From an uncultured Candidatus Saccharibacteria bacterium (GTDB taxonomy: Bacteria; Patescibacteriota; Minisyncoccia; Minisyncoccales; JANBVM01), in assembly GCA_964435835.1 (NCBI GenBank), contig CAYSZX010000006.1:1-39717 (forward strand): a stretch of 39,717 nucleotides of DNA, written 5' to 3'. A program made the position numbers and the translations under genes. The notes under the pieces were generated by a model that saw nothing but the letters and a program-made list of their open reading frames with translations, was not told where the DNA came from and did not search any database. Shown in pieces: positions 9,889 through 17,154 of the stretch (its first letter is position 1; every line of letters begins with the position of its first letter).

Positions 9889-10495
9889 TAAAATTAAAAA
9901 ATTAGTTCAAAAAACTTCAAAAGCTCTTCAGGAAGACAGAGTTATTGTTGTGCCTACTGATACAGTTTACGGCTTAATTACTAATGCTTTTAGTAATAAG
10001 GCTGTTGATAAAGTTTTTCGGGTTAAACAAAGGGATAAAAATAAACCTGCCCCTGTTTTAGTTAGAGATTTAAAAATGGCAAAAGAATTAGCTTTTGTTC
10101 CAAAAGAAAAGGAAAAAATATTAAAGAAGTTCTGGCCCGGCAAATTGACGGCGGTATTAAAATCTAAAAAAAGAGATTTTCCAAAGGGTATTTTAAATAA
10201 GGAAGGCAAAATTGGGTTAAGAGTTCCAAATTATAGATTTTTAAATTTAATATTAGAAGAAATTAATTTTCCTTTGATTGGAACTTCTGCTAATATTTCA
10301 GGAAAAGGATCAATTTTAAAATTTAAGGAAGTAGTAATCCAATTTAAAGATCAGGAATACCAGCCTGATGTGGTAATAAATAAAGGCGAACTTAAAAAAT
10401 CTCTTTCTTCCACGGTTGTTGATTTAACTAATTTTAAAATTCTTAGAGAAGGAGCTATTCCTTCTTCAAGAATAATGAAGTTTCAAAATGAATAA
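9878..10495 (+). CDS. tsaC: L-threonylcarbamoyladenylate synthase (YrdC/Sua5 family)
   Basis: PTDTVYGL, K.R...KP, FWPG.LT, TSANISG, STVVD, LREGAI. The TTG start is uncertain. Confidence 0.93.
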   Translation: MISNKIKKLVQKTSKALQEDRVIVVPTDTVYGLITNAFSNKAVDKVFRVKQRDKNKPAPVLVRDLKMAKELAFVPKEKEKILKKFWPGKLTAVLKSKKRDFPKGILNKEGKIGLRVPNYRFLNLILEEINFPLIGTSANISGKGSILKFKEVVIQFKDQEYQPDVVINKGELKKSLSSTVVDLTNFKILREGAIPSSRIMKFQNE

Positions 10496-11447
10496 AAGCG
10501 ATAAAAAATCTAAAATTGTTTGTATGGGGGGAGGGAATGGAATGCCCAAAGCTGTTTTATTAGGTTTAAAAAAATATCCTTCTGTTAAAATTTCTGCTAT
10601 TTGTGCAATGCTAGATTCAGGGGGTTCTTCAGGAAGACTAAGAAAGGATTACAATATTGTTTCCCCTGGCGATATCAGGAGGGCTTTTATTGTTTTAGCT
10701 AATACCTCTCCAATTATAGAAGAACTTTTTAATTATAGGTTTCAGGCAGGAGAATTAGAAGGTCATAACTTTGCTAATTTGTTTATTACCGCTTTGGAAC
10801 TTTCTTCCAATAATTATGAGAAAGTAAGTGATGAAATTCATAAAATGTTAAATATCTCACACGAGGTTTTGCCTGCTACTCTTGATAATTCTCATGTTTG
10901 TGCAGAATTAGAAAATGGAAGAATAATCAAAGGAGAAACAAATATTGATATTCCAAAGCACAATAGTAAGGTGAAAATTAAAAAAGTGTTTTTAAAGCCA
11001 GAACCTAAAATTTACCCTAAAGCCCGGAAAGCAATTGAAGAAGCAGATTTAATAGTTATTGGACCTGGAGACCTTTATTCTTCTTTAGCTCAAGTATTAT
11101 TAGTTAAAGGAGCTTCAGAAGCTATTAGGAAAAGTAAAGCTAAAAAGGTTTACGTTTGTAATTTAATGACTAAAAAGGGCGAAACTGATAATTTCAAAGT
11201 TACTGATTTTACTGAAAAGATAGAAGCTTTTTTGGGCGGAGAAATGGATTATGTTCTTTATAATAACAAAAAGCCTTCTAAAAAGTCTCTGGAAGAAAAA
11301 AAGAAGAAATATCCTGAGCTAATAGAAATGGTTTCTTTTGATAAAGACTTAAATAAAGGTAAGTTTATTGGAAAAGACTTCTTAAATATGTCTAATTTAA
11401 ACCATGATTCGGATAAGTTATCTAAAACAATATTGTCTTTGATATGA
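10488..11447 (+). CDS. yvcK: YvcK/GlmR family (CofD-like) protein
   Basis: GGGNG, DSGGSSGRLR, PGDIRR, GHNFANL, GETNID, GPGDLYSS, NLMTKKGET. Confidence 0.92.
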   Translation: MNKSDKKSKIVCMGGGNGMPKAVLLGLKKYPSVKISAICAMLDSGGSSGRLRKDYNIVSPGDIRRAFIVLANTSPIIEELFNYRFQAGELEGHNFANLFITALELSSNNYEKVSDEIHKMLNISHEVLPATLDNSHVCAELENGRIIKGETNIDIPKHNSKVKIKKVFLKPEPKIYPKARKAIEEADLIVIGPGDLYSSLAQVLLVKGASEAIRKSKAKKVYVCNLMTKKGETDNFKVTDFTEKIEAFLGGEMDYVLYNNKKPSKKSLEEKKKKYPELIEMVSFDKDLNKGKFIGKDFLNMSNLNHDSDKLSKTILSLI

Positions 11448-12118
11448 AAGAAAAGTGGTTAGATAAAAATATTTCTTCTATCAAGATAATGGGTAAACCA
11501 TTATCCTTTTATGGAGAAACAAAATTGAAATATCCTTGGAGCTTATTAAAAATTAAAAATAAATTACTTGATGAATACTTAAAAAAAGAAATTAAAGATT
11601 CGGCTAAAATTTCTGAAAATGTTGTTGTGAGCGGCCCAGTTTATATTGGGGAGAATGTAATAATTAAAGAAAATGTTGTTGTGAACGGTCCTTCTTATAT
11701 CGGAAATAATTCTATTATTAAAAGTAATTGTGTTATTAGAAAATATTCTAACATTGAAAAAGATGCTTTAATCGGTTGTCATTCTGAAATTAAAAACTCT
11801 TTATTATTAGAAGATGTTCATCTTCATTTAAACTATATTGGTGATTCAATAATAGGGCGAGGGGCGAGGATCGGGGCAGGAACTATTACTGCCAATACAA
11901 GAATTGATCGAAAAGAAATCAAAAAAGATTTTAAAAAGTTAGGTTCTATTATTGGTAATAATGTAAAAATAGGCATTAATTGCTCTTTAATGCCGGGAAT
12001 ATTAATTGGTAAGAATTCAATAATTGGGTCACATTCATTAGTTTTAAAAGATGTAGGTTCAAATATTCTTTTTTATAACAAGAAGGAAAAGATAAAGGAA
12101 AAAATCAAAAAAAATTAG
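11444..12118 (+). CDS. Hexapeptide-repeat acetyltransferase (resembles the C-terminal half of archaeal-type GlmU)
   Basis: YPWSLL linker, left-handed beta-helix hexapeptides, SEIKNS, HLNYIGDSIIG, GAGTITAN.R, KLGSIIG. Confidence 0.85.
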   Translation: MKEKWLDKNISSIKIMGKPLSFYGETKLKYPWSLLKIKNKLLDEYLKKEIKDSAKISENVVVSGPVYIGENVIIKENVVVNGPSYIGNNSIIKSNCVIRKYSNIEKDALIGCHSEIKNSLLLEDVHLHLNYIGDSIIGRGARIGAGTITANTRIDRKEIKKDFKKLGSIIGNNVKIGINCSLMPGILIGKNSIIGSHSLVLKDVGSNILFYNKKEKIKEKIKKN

Positions 12119-12131
12119 TTACTTAGTTTGT

Positions 12132-12809
12132 TTAATTTATGAAAGGTTCTGCAATCTTCCTTTTACGTTCTAAGCAAGGAATATCAGGCTTATAATATAT
12201 CCAAGATAATAATTTAATAGAGTCTTTTTTTGCAAATCTTAATTTCCAAGTACTAGTGGTTTGATGAGGTTCTCGGGGTTTTCTTTCATACATTTGCCCT
12301 TTAATTTTTAGAAGCTCTATAATATAAGATCTTAACCAGTCCATGTGTTTTTTACTAGCAGACATAAATCTAACATATAAACGTGTGTAGATATACTTTG
12401 GATTTTTAAAAGTATTGTAGTGATCTTTATAGGTGAATATAGAACCATCTCCGTCTAGGTGACCTCGAAGAAAGTCTTTAAAGTACTTTTTCGGAATTCT
12501 CAATTTTTCAATTGTATATGTCTTTGCTGGGAATAGACCAATTTTTAATAACCATCTATAAAATTGAGCATCACTAAATTGTACTCTGTAGCAAGGTTTT
12601 TTAGCCCATTCACTGTTTTGAGAGCAAGCTATTTTGTTTGATAACCCCAGACACTTTTTGAATGTTTTCAGTAGTTGAACATCAGAAGATCTCATTATTA
12701 TGTGGCGCTTGTCTTTTGAAAGGTTTCCATCAGTTGTTATTAAACCTATTACATATGCTAAATCATTAGTCCATTTGAAATTTTTATCTGGTAATCTTTT
12801 TTTTGCCAT
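12132..12809 (-). CDS. Free-standing two-motif LAGLIDADG (intein/DOD-type) homing endonuclease, ~225 aa
   Basis: Motif 1 LAYVIGLITTDGN, motif 2 FLRGHLDGDGS, C-terminal LERK; no Hint/intein blocks. ATG 12809 is preferred over TTG 12890, which lies inside a hairpin region. Confidence 0.88.
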   Translation of the reverse strand: MAKKRLPDKNFKWTNDLAYVIGLITTDGNLSKDKRHIIMRSSDVQLLKTFKKCLGLSNKIACSQNSEWAKKPCYRVQFSDAQFYRWLLKIGLFPAKTYTIEKLRIPKKYFKDFLRGHLDGDGSIFTYKDHYNTFKNPKYIYTRLYVRFMSASKKHMDWLRSYIIELLKIKGQMYERKPREPHQTTSTWKLRFAKKDSIKLLSWIYYKPDIPCLERKRKIAEPFIN

Positions 12810-12834
12810 AAATAATTGTATCTTTATTTTACCA

Positions 12835-13140
12835 AGCTCGCACCTATTTTCAAAACAGATGAGCTGCCCTGCCGCCCACTCCGGCGGCAACCTCGCAGAA
12901 ATTTTCCCTTACAATTTTTCTTTTACGCTCCCCCTAATTTTTTTCAAAAAGGAAAGGGAAATTTCTGCTTGGTTCCGCCCTCCAAGTATTCGGGCAGGCG
13001 GAGTGCAAATGCAATTTGGGCTCGTTTTTTGAAACGGCGGGGTTTGGGTTTCCGTCGCGCAGGAGAGTGCGGGAGGGATGTGCGGCGGATATTGAATAAA
13101 ATCCGCCGCCCACTCCTTGGTTGGTTCTCAACCGCTAAGT
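12835..13140 (-). ncRNA. Candidate structured non-coding element (GC-rich, multi-hairpin) between tRNA-Leu and the LAGLIDADG gene
   Basis: Inverted repeats at 13082-13109, 13035-13057, 12973-13002, 12889-12974, 12870-12889 and 12835-12865; 12-bp direct repeat at 12871 and 13105. The family is not recognised, and the strand is inferred from the flanking genes. Confidence 0.5.
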
Positions 13141-13147
13141 TCCATAT

Positions 13148-13235
13148 TGGTGCCGAAGGAGGGAGTTGAACCCTCACGGGAGTTTAGCCCAGACGATTTT
13201 GAGTCGTCCCTGTCTGCCAGTTCCAGCACTTCGGC
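13148..13235 (-). tRNA. tRNA-Leu (CAA) with encoded CCA
   Basis: Acceptor GCCGAAG/CTTCGGC-A-CCA, anticodon arm GACGA-CTCAAAA-TCGTC, long variable arm, T arm GAGGG-TTCAACT-CCCTC. Confidence 0.97.
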
Positions 13236-13251
13236 GTTCAGTTTAAAATTA

Positions 13252-15303
13252 TCAGTTTTTGTCTTTTTTGTCTACAAACTTTTTGTACTTACAATCTTTA
13301 TCTGAACAATTAATGTACCCTCTCTTGTTTTCTAGAAGAGAGCCACATTTAGGGCATAATTCTCCTGTTGGCTCGTACCAGGAAGCAGCATCACATTTGG
13401 GCCATCGAGAACACCCATAAAAGGTTTTTCCTCTTTTAGTTCTTTTTTCAGTGATGTAACCTTTTTTGCATTTTGGACATTTTATTTTAAAGGCTCCTTC
13501 TTTTTCTATTGGTTTAGTATATTTACATTCGGGCCAGTTAGAACAAGCATAAAATTTACCATATTTTCCTAGTTTAATTATTAGAGGAGAATCACATTCA
13601 GGACACTTTTTGTCTGTTTTTTCGTGTCTTTCTTTTTTATGAGGAACTTCTTTACGTTTTTTCTTTAGGTTTTTAATAAAAGGATTATAAAAATCTTCAA
13701 TTATTTCTTTCCATTCTTCTTTTCCTTTCGCTATTTTATCTAAGTCTTCTTCCATTTCGGCAGTAAAATCAGTATCAACAATATCAGGAAAATGTTCAAT
13801 CAATATTTCGTTTACTGCTTCTCCTACTTCTGTTAACTCAAATCTTTTTCTTTTATTTTTTTCAACGTAATTTCTTGTTTGAATTGTTGACATTATTGTT
13901 GCGTAAGTAGAAGGTCGTCCTATTCCATTTTTTTCTAATTCTTTAATTAAAGTAGCTTCTGTATATCTGGCTGGTGGTTTAGTGAAGTGTTGTTCAGGAA
14001 TAACTTTAATTAATTCTAAGTCTTCTTTTTCCTTAAAATCAGGAAGAATTTTCTGTTTAAATTTAATTGAATAGACTTTTAAGAAACCGTCGAACTTTAA
14101 TGTCTGGCCGGTTATCTTTAAGAGATAATCTTTTTTATTCTTTGCCTCTATTTGAATTGTTAATCCGTCGAATATGGCAGGAGTCATTTGAGATGCAACA
14201 AATCTTTGCCAAATTAATTGATAGAGACGAAACTCTTTTTTCTTTAAATCTAATGATTTTGGTTTTTTCTTTATATCTGTTGGTCTGATTGCTTCATGAG
14301 CTTCTTGCGCTCCTTTTGATTTGTTTTTGTAAACTCTTTTTTTGTTCCAATATTTATCTCCATATTCTTCTTTAATAAATTCTTTAGCTGTAGAGAGAGC
14401 TTCTTTGGAAATATTGTAAGAGTCTGAGCGGTGATAAGTAATTAACCCCTTCTCATAAAGAGATTGAGCCAGTCCCATTGTGAATTTAGAAGCAAAGTGT
14501 AGTTTTCTCCAAGCACTTCTTTGTAAAGTAGATGTTTTGAAAGGAGGGAGAGGTCTTTTCTTTCTCTTTCTTTTTTTAATTTTTTTAACTTTGTATTCAG
14601 CTTTTTCTAAATCTTTTACAATTTCTTGAGCTTCTTTTTTTGTTTTAATTCCTTTTCTTGGAATTTTCTTCCCTTCTTTTTTATATAAAGAAGCTTCAAT
14701 TTTTTCTTTTTCCTTCTCTTTTTTAAGCATTGTATCAATGCTCCAATATTCTTGAGGCTTAAATTTTTCTCTTTCTTTTTTTCTGTCAGCTATCAGTTTA
14801 ACAGCTACTGATTGTACCCTTCCTGCTGACAATCCTCTTAATACTTTTTTCCAAAGAAAAGGGGAGAGTCTATAACCAACAATTCTGTCTAAAACTCTTC
14901 TTGCTTGCTGGGCATTTACTAGTTGCATGTCCATTAGGCGGGGATTTTTTAAAGCTTCTTTAATTGCTGATTCTGTAATTTCATGAAAAACAATTCTTTT
15001 TGGGTTTTTTAAATCTAAAATATGAGCAAGATGCCAAGCTATTGCTTCTCCTTCTCTGTCTGGATCCATAGCTAAGTAAACCTCATCCGCTTTTTTCTGA
15101 GATTTTTTAATTTTCTTAATTACCTTTCTTTTGTTTGGAAAAGTAACATATTTGGGAGTGAAATTATTTTTAATGTCAATTCCCAATTTCTTTTTAGGCA
15201 AGTCACGAATATGACCTACAGTGGCTACTATTTTGTAGTCTTTACCTAAAAACTTTTTGAGCGTTTTGCATTTCGTTGGGCTCTCAACAATAATTAATTT
15301 CAT
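13252..15303 (-). CDS. topA: DNA topoisomerase I
   Basis: IVESPTK, GHIRDL, DPDREGEAI, SAGRVQS, ITYHRSDS (catalytic Tyr), QEAHEAIRPT, GIGRPSTY, C-terminal Zn ribbons. Confidence 0.98.
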   Translation of the reverse strand: MKLIIVESPTKCKTLKKFLGKDYKIVATVGHIRDLPKKKLGIDIKNNFTPKYVTFPNKRKVIKKIKKSQKKADEVYLAMDPDREGEAIAWHLAHILDLKNPKRIVFHEITESAIKEALKNPRLMDMQLVNAQQARRVLDRIVGYRLSPFLWKKVLRGLSAGRVQSVAVKLIADRKKEREKFKPQEYWSIDTMLKKEKEKEKIEASLYKKEGKKIPRKGIKTKKEAQEIVKDLEKAEYKVKKIKKRKRKKRPLPPFKTSTLQRSAWRKLHFASKFTMGLAQSLYEKGLITYHRSDSYNISKEALSTAKEFIKEEYGDKYWNKKRVYKNKSKGAQEAHEAIRPTDIKKKPKSLDLKKKEFRLYQLIWQRFVASQMTPAIFDGLTIQIEAKNKKDYLLKITGQTLKFDGFLKVYSIKFKQKILPDFKEKEDLELIKVIPEQHFTKPPARYTEATLIKELEKNGIGRPSTYATIMSTIQTRNYVEKNKRKRFELTEVGEAVNEILIEHFPDIVDTDFTAEMEEDLDKIAKGKEEWKEIIEDFYNPFIKNLKKKRKEVPHKKERHEKTDKKCPECDSPLIIKLGKYGKFYACSNWPECKYTKPIEKEGAFKIKCPKCKKGYITEKRTKRGKTFYGCSRWPKCDAASWYEPTGELCPKCGSLLENKRGYINCSDKDCKYKKFVDKKDKN

Positions 15304-15920
15304 TGAATTTGAAGTCTTTTTAAGATTTCTTGAGAATTATTTATTTTAATTGTGTTTTTAAAATTATCGGAATGGGCGATGAATACTTTTTTCTTTTGTT
15401 TTTGAGCTTTTCTAATAGTAATTGAAGTGCCCGATCTTTTCCTGGCATTAATAGCTAAGATAGCTATTGATAAACCAGCTATTATTCTATTTCTTTCTGG
15501 AAATGTTTTCTTTGAGCCTTTTGTCTGAGGAGGATATTCTGAAATTAAACAACCTTTCTTTTGAACTATCTGTTTAGCTAATTCTTTGTTTTCTTTTGGA
15601 TAAATAACGCTTTCATCTATCCCGGTTCCTAAAACCGCAATGGTTCTTTTGTTTTCCTTTAAGGTTGTATAGTGAGCTATAGCATCAACTCCTCTAGCTA
15701 ATCCAGCAACAATCGTAAAGTGTTTGCTTAATTCTTTAGTTAATTGAACTGCTATTTGTTTTCCTTGTTTTGTATAATCTCTGGCTCCAACAATAGCAAA
15801 ACAATTTTCATTTGGCAAAATTTCTCCTTTATAGTAGAGATTTCTGGGAGGGTTAGGAATAACTCTTAAGGGAGAAGGATATTTTTTGTCGTTAATGTTT
15901 ACCCTTTTTATTTTTTTCAT
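15300..15920 (-). CDS. dprA: DNA-processing protein DprA/Smf (Rossmann domain only)
   Basis: AIVGAR, GLARGVD, AVLGTG, YP.EN, ISEYP, FPERNRIIAGLS; adjacent to topA. Confidence 0.92.
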   Translation of the reverse strand: MKKIKRVNINDKKYPSPLRVIPNPPRNLYYKGEILPNENCFAIVGARDYTKQGKQIAVQLTKELSKHFTIVAGLARGVDAIAHYTTLKENKRTIAVLGTGIDESVIYPKENKELAKQIVQKKGCLISEYPPQTKGSKKTFPERNRIIAGLSIAILAINARKRSGTSITIRKAQKQKKKVFIAHSDNFKNTIKINNSQEILKRLQIQ

Positions 15921-15922
15921 TT

Positions 15923-16477
15923 TTAATTAAATTTACTCATCGCTTTTTGAGTTCCTTCTTTTAAGGCAAATTTTATTATTTCAATTGTCTTATTGCTTAC
16001 TTTTTCAAGCTTTCCAACTTCTTTTTTGGTAAATTTTTGGAGTACAAAGTTTGGTAAATTTTCTGAAGCTATTGGATGAGAAGGTTTGATGCCAATTCGA
16101 AAACGAACAAAATCTCTTGTTTTTATTTCATTTATTACCGATTGGACTCCATTGTGTCCTGCTGCCCCTTTATTTTTACTTATCTTTAATTCCCCTAGAG
16201 GAATATCAACGTCGTCGTGAATAAGCCAGAGGTTTTCTGGGTTGTCTATTATTTTTTTGACTGATTTACCGGAAGAATTCATAAAAGTTTTAGGTAAGAC
16301 TAAAAGAATATCTTCTTTTAAAAAACCTTTGCTTGTAAGTGCATTTGCTTTTTTATTGTTTGTAAAATTAGGGAAGCCTTCTTTTTCTTGTAATTTTTCA
16401 ACAATAAACTCTCCTACATTATGACGTGTAAGCTTATATTTTTCTTTTGGATTTCTGAGCCCTATTATTTTTTTCAT
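15923..16477 (-). CDS. pth: Peptidyl-tRNA hydrolase
   Basis: GLRNP..Y..TRHNVG, TFMNSSG, HDDVD, GHNGV, RFRIGI. Confidence 0.95.
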   Translation of the reverse strand: MKKIIGLRNPKEKYKLTRHNVGEFIVEKLQEKEGFPNFTNNKKANALTSKGFLKEDILLVLPKTFMNSSGKSVKKIIDNPENLWLIHDDVDIPLGELKISKNKGAAGHNGVQSVINEIKTRDFVRFRIGIKPSHPIASENLPNFVLQKFTKKEVGKLEKVSNKTIEIIKFALKEGTQKAMSKFN

Positions 16478-16483
16478 TTGAGT

Positions 16484-16492
16484 ATTATAACA
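16484..16492 (-). promoter_or_regulatory. Extended -10 promoter for pth-dprA-topA (leaderless geometry)
   Basis: Minus strand TG-T-TATAAT ending 6 nt before the pth ATG. Confidence 0.6.
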
Positions 16493-16534
16493 TTTCTAGA
16501 TTTTTTGATAACAAATATGAAATTTAAGCCAAAT

Positions 16535-16563
16535 TTGATTTAATGCTAAAAAGCTGTTAAAAT
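16535..16563 (+). promoter_or_regulatory. sigma70-like promoter for the lepB operon
   Basis: TTGATT-17 nt-TAAAAT with TG extension. Confidence 0.55.
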
Positions 16564-16588
16564 AAGTATCATATAAGGCTAAATTAAG

Positions 16589-17149
16589 ATGAAAAACCAA
16601 TTTTTTAAGTTCAAAAAAGACTCTTTTTTTGTTGAAACGGTCAAAATGATAATTTTGGCTCTTCTTATAGTTTTACCCATTAGATATTTTATTTTTCAGC
16701 CTTTTTTTGTTCAGGGTTCTTCAATGTATCCTAATTTTGAAGATAGTGATTATTTAATTGTTGATGAACTCACCTATAGATTTAGAGAACCTCGAAGAGG
16801 GGAAGTAATAATTTTTCAAAATCCTAGGGATCGCTCTCAGCTTTTTATTAAAAGAATAATTGGTCTTCCAGGGGAAACTTTGGAGACTAAGGATGGTGAG
16901 ATTATTATTACTGATAAGTCAGAAACTAAAGTATTGGAGGAAAATTACATTGCTTCTGATAGCAAAATCTCGGGGAATTTTAGAGTCGAACTTGGAGAAG
17001 ATGAATATTTTGTTTTAGGAGATAATAGAATGTTTTCTTCTGATTCAAGGCGCTGGGGAAGCGTGCCGGAAAAAAATATTGTTGGCAAAGCTTATTTAAG
17101 GGCCTGGCCTTTCGATGCTATTAATGTTTTTAAATATCCAAATTATTAA
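16589..17149 (+). CDS. lepB: Signal peptidase I
   Basis: N-terminal TM segment, GSSMYP (Ser), FIKRIIGLPGE (Lys), GDNR..SSDSR.WG. Confidence 0.96.
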   Translation: MKNQFFKFKKDSFFVETVKMIILALLIVLPIRYFIFQPFFVQGSSMYPNFEDSDYLIVDELTYRFREPRRGEVIIFQNPRDRSQLFIKRIIGLPGETLETKDGEIIITDKSETKVLEENYIASDSKISGNFRVELGEDEYFVLGDNRMFSSDSRRWGSVPEKNIVGKAYLRAWPFDAINVFKYPNY

Positions 17150-17154
17150 AAATT

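Noticed and set aside
12119-12135. att-site duplication of the tRNA 3' end marking an integrated island
   Set aside because: No copy of the tRNA 3' sequence was seen beyond the LAGLIDADG gene, and there is no integrase in the window.
12835-13140. RNase P RNA, tmRNA or SRP RNA as the identity of the GC-rich tract
   Set aside because: No GAGGAAAGUCC-type P4 motif, no tRNA-like tmRNA ends and no SRP domain IV motif seen on either strand.
12119-13235. Group I or group II intron, or an intron-split tRNA, hosting the LAGLIDADG ORF
   Set aside because: The tRNA is complete and uninterrupted, and no second tRNA half follows the ORF. I could not find group I P7 (GACUA/UAGUC) or group II domain V signatures. 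A covariance search is needed to exclude a very divergent intron.
12700-13305. Five short overlapping ORFs on both strands (12700-13032, 12816-13169, 12934-13131, 12944-13177, 13117-13305)
   Set aside because: They overlap the tRNA, the hairpin tract or the LAGLIDADG gene and have no motifs. Local high GC suppresses stop codons, so such frames are expected by chance.
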